From assembly GCA_965112735.1 (NCBI GenBank), contig OZ218963.1, positions 1,240,001 to 1,304,000 of the forward strand: 64,000 bases of DNA, written 5' to 3'. The notes under the pieces are model-generated. The model had not been told where the DNA came from. It saw only the letters and a program-made list of their open reading frames with translations, and made no database searches. A program made the position numbers and the translations under genes. This DNA comes from Phaeosaccion multiseriatum. Lineage: Eukaryota; Protista; Ochrophyta, other classes. Below are positions 61,471 to 64,000 of this stretch, piece after piece; within the stretch, counting starts at the first letter, position 1; the number at the start of each line of letters is the position of its first letter.

Positions 61471-61810
61471 AGGAGCGGTGTAGTAGAGGAGGTCGATTTT
61501 GCAATGTAGAGGAGATCGACTTGCGGTGTAGAGGATATCGACTCGGTGTGTAGCGAGGAGAGAGGGAGAAAGCGAGAGATGGAGGGGAAGCAGAGAGAGA
61601 GAGCAAGAGAGAGACGGACAGAGAGAGCAAGAAAGGGAGAGAGCGCGCGCGAGGGAGCGAGAGAGAGAGCGAGTGAGGGAGGGAGAGAAGAGACGAGATC
61701 GACTTGCCGTATAGAGGAGATCGACTTGCCGTATAGAGGAGATCGACTTGCCGTATAGAGGAGATCGATAAGCAGTGTAGTGGATAGCAACTTGCGGTGT
61801 AGAGAGGAGA
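61451..61810 (+). repeat. ~22-bp 3'UTR minisatellite (gaggagatcgacttgc[cg]gt[ag]ta) seeded on the last codons and stop of the HECT gene
   Basis: The CDS end GAGCGACTTGCAGTGTAGAGG recurs in degenerate copies at 61485-61555 and 61695-61805, interrupted by a GA-rich tract. Confidence 0.8.
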
Positions 61811-62779
61811 GGGAGAGCAAGACAGAGAGGGAGAGAGACACACCCCATACGAGAACTGTATTTGGACAGGAGGTGAGATTTATTTTTACGGTCAGCATTT
61901 GTCAACGGGATAACAGAGTCTGGTCGAACGAAGGCACAAAAAGAATAGTAGTGGAAGGGACACACAAACATAGGAGGACAAAAAGAATAATTTGTTTGAG
62001 AGAGCTCTCTAGTCCCTGATGATGACGCTGTGATGACACAGAGAGGCACTTTGATTTGCCCCACGGGTTGGACACCTCTATTGGAGAAGGTCTCCAATGC
62101 CCCCGCGTCGGGCCCTTGTACTCGGGCCCTTGTAGTCATCTATCTCCAATGCCCCCGCGTCATGCCCATATGCCCTTTGTAGTCATCTATCTCTCCGAGT
62201 GGCAGCCCCAGACAGACAGACAGACAGACGGGCGGGCGTTTCTGCCTCTGCCTTGAGTGAGAGTGGCGGTGTGCATGTTGCGAGTGAGTGTGTGTGTGAG
62301 TGAGTGAGTGAGTGAGTGAGTGAGTGAGTGGGTGGGCGAGGTGTGAGTGAGTGAGTGAGTGAGTGGGTGGGTGAGGTGTGAGTGTGTGTGTGCATGTGCG
62401 TGTGGGCACGTGTGCAACAGCGCGTATGTAGTACATGGAGATGAGGGCGAGGTTAGCGAATATCTAAAGTACAATTTTTAGCCATTGATATTCTCCTTAA
62501 CATGAGAGCTAAGTAGGGGGGGGGGGGGGGGGTGTCGTAAAGCTGTGAGGCTCTTGCCTCGGGATGGAATACTTCGATAAGTCAACAAACAACGCGACGG
62601 CCCCCGACACGAGAAAGGAAGGAGGAACGGTACCGCTCCAAACGCCAAGGCCAAAGCCCACAGCCCAAAGGCCAAGACCACAGGCTCAAGGCCAAGGTGA
62701 CGGCCCGGCCACCCCTCTCCTCCCCACCGCCTACCGTACCCACCCCCCCCCCCACCTCCTCCACTACTACATCGTACCA

Positions 62780-63706
62780 CTACTTTTCACCCCCATGCTC
62801 TGGCCTGTGCGTGAATTCCCAATCCAGATGCACAAAGGCTCTCTCCACCGCCTCCAGCTTCTCAATGCGAAACTGTAGACTCTCTCCAATGTCGTGTGCT
62901 TCCCTCAGTGGCATACCCTCCGGCAGCACAATGTCGACCTCGACGAGAAACATCGGGCCGAAGTGATAGGCCCGTACTGTATCCACGTATTGAATGCGAT
63001 CGTCGTGGCTGATCACCATGTAGGTAATCTGTTGCAGGAAGTGGGCGTCGGCAGTTCGGCCGACGATGGTGTGTGTCTCGCTGACAGCGGTCCGCCCCCA
63101 AATGATGATGATGTAGCAGGCAATGGCGATGCCTCCGATGGGGTCAACGTACCAGAGGGCAGGCACCGTGCCGCTCACCACCAGACCACAGGCACCCACA
63201 ACGTTCATGAGCACGTCGTTCCAATGATCCTGACCACAGCAGAGAGCAGGAGAAGGCGTGGGTAGGAAAGACAAGAGGGGGAGAGAGAGGGACAGAGAGA
63301 GAGAGACAGAGAGAGACAGAGAGAGAGAGATTTTGAGTCGGCGCTGTTCTCTGCTAATCGGAGAGGGAGGGAGGAGTGGGCGCTCAGAGCAATCAAGAGG
63401 GTTTTGCTTTGCTTTGCTTTGCTCTGCTCTGCGCTGCCCTTCATCGCTTTGCTCTACTCTGCTTCACGTCGCTTCGCTTCGCTTTCTCTCTCGTCTCTCG
63501 TCTCTCTCTCTCACTCTCCCACCTTTACATACACATCCCCATATACCTGAGCAAAGGCTTGAACGGAGGAGCTGCCTGTGAGGCGCCCCACCTTGCGACA
63601 GTACACGAACAGCAGCAGCTTGGTGGCGATGATGCACGCCGTCATGACCTTCACCTTGAAGCTGAACGCCACGAACACCACGTCCCCTTGAAACCCCGTC
63701 GTGAGC
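62780..63706 (-). CDS. Cation diffusion facilitator, Mn-CDF/MTP8-11-like metal tolerance protein (3' part; 5' exons outside window)
   Basis: Exons 63706-63547 and 63229-62780: AFAQDHWNDV (DxxxD site), WYVDPIGGIAI, IVGRTA, VDTVRAYHFG, VEVDIVLP..MPLREAHDIGESLQ..IEKL..VERAFVHLDWEFTHRPEH. Confidence 0.92.
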
Positions 63707-64000
63707 CTAGTAAGTAGTGAGGGACCGATGAGGTGCACAAGCAATAGCAGGAGGAGAAGGGGGGTGGGGAATACGCATTGACTCGCTTACGCACACACTC
63801 GCCTATTACTCCTTCGCTCTCTCTCACTCTCTCTCTCTCTCTCTCTCTCAGTCCTTCTCACCCACTCTCGCTCTTCCTCACTCACTCTCTCACGAGCCTG
63901 CTCTCTCACATATTCATACTCACCCACACAAGTGCGCTCTGTCGCTCACTCACTCACTCACTCACTCACTCAATGACTGTCCCACACTCTCGCTCCACTA

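Overview
Eukaryotic (intron-rich protist, plausibly a stramenopile; lineage is an inference) gene-dense window with eight protein-coding genes. I rebuilt the exon structures by hand and checked that reading-frame phase is consistent across every junction. (1) A giant secreted or surface FN3/Ig-like repeat protein (- strand, runs off the left edge) contains five near-identical 696-bp phase-1 exon cassettes in a ~1-kb tandem array. (2) RPL35. (3) LSM5. (4) An intronless protein with N-terminal transmembrane helices and C-terminal FxFG repeats, a POM121-like membrane nucleoporin candidate. (5) A MORN-repeat protein. (6) A sideroflexin. (7) A 22-exon, ~8,960-aa HERC2-type HECT E3 ligase with apparently nested domains and two GC-AG introns. 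(8) The 3' part of a Mn-type CDF (MTP) transporter. Genes 2-7 form three compact head-to-head pairs. Most introns carry their own micro- or minisatellite, and several minisatellites copy the adjacent exon end or splice donor. No transposon, CRISPR, rRNA or tRNA is supported. Most short ORFs in the supplied track are antisense or microsatellite artefacts. The top candidates for something undescribed are the recombining exon-cassette array in the surface protein, the TM+FxFG nucleoporin, and the nested-domain giant HECT.
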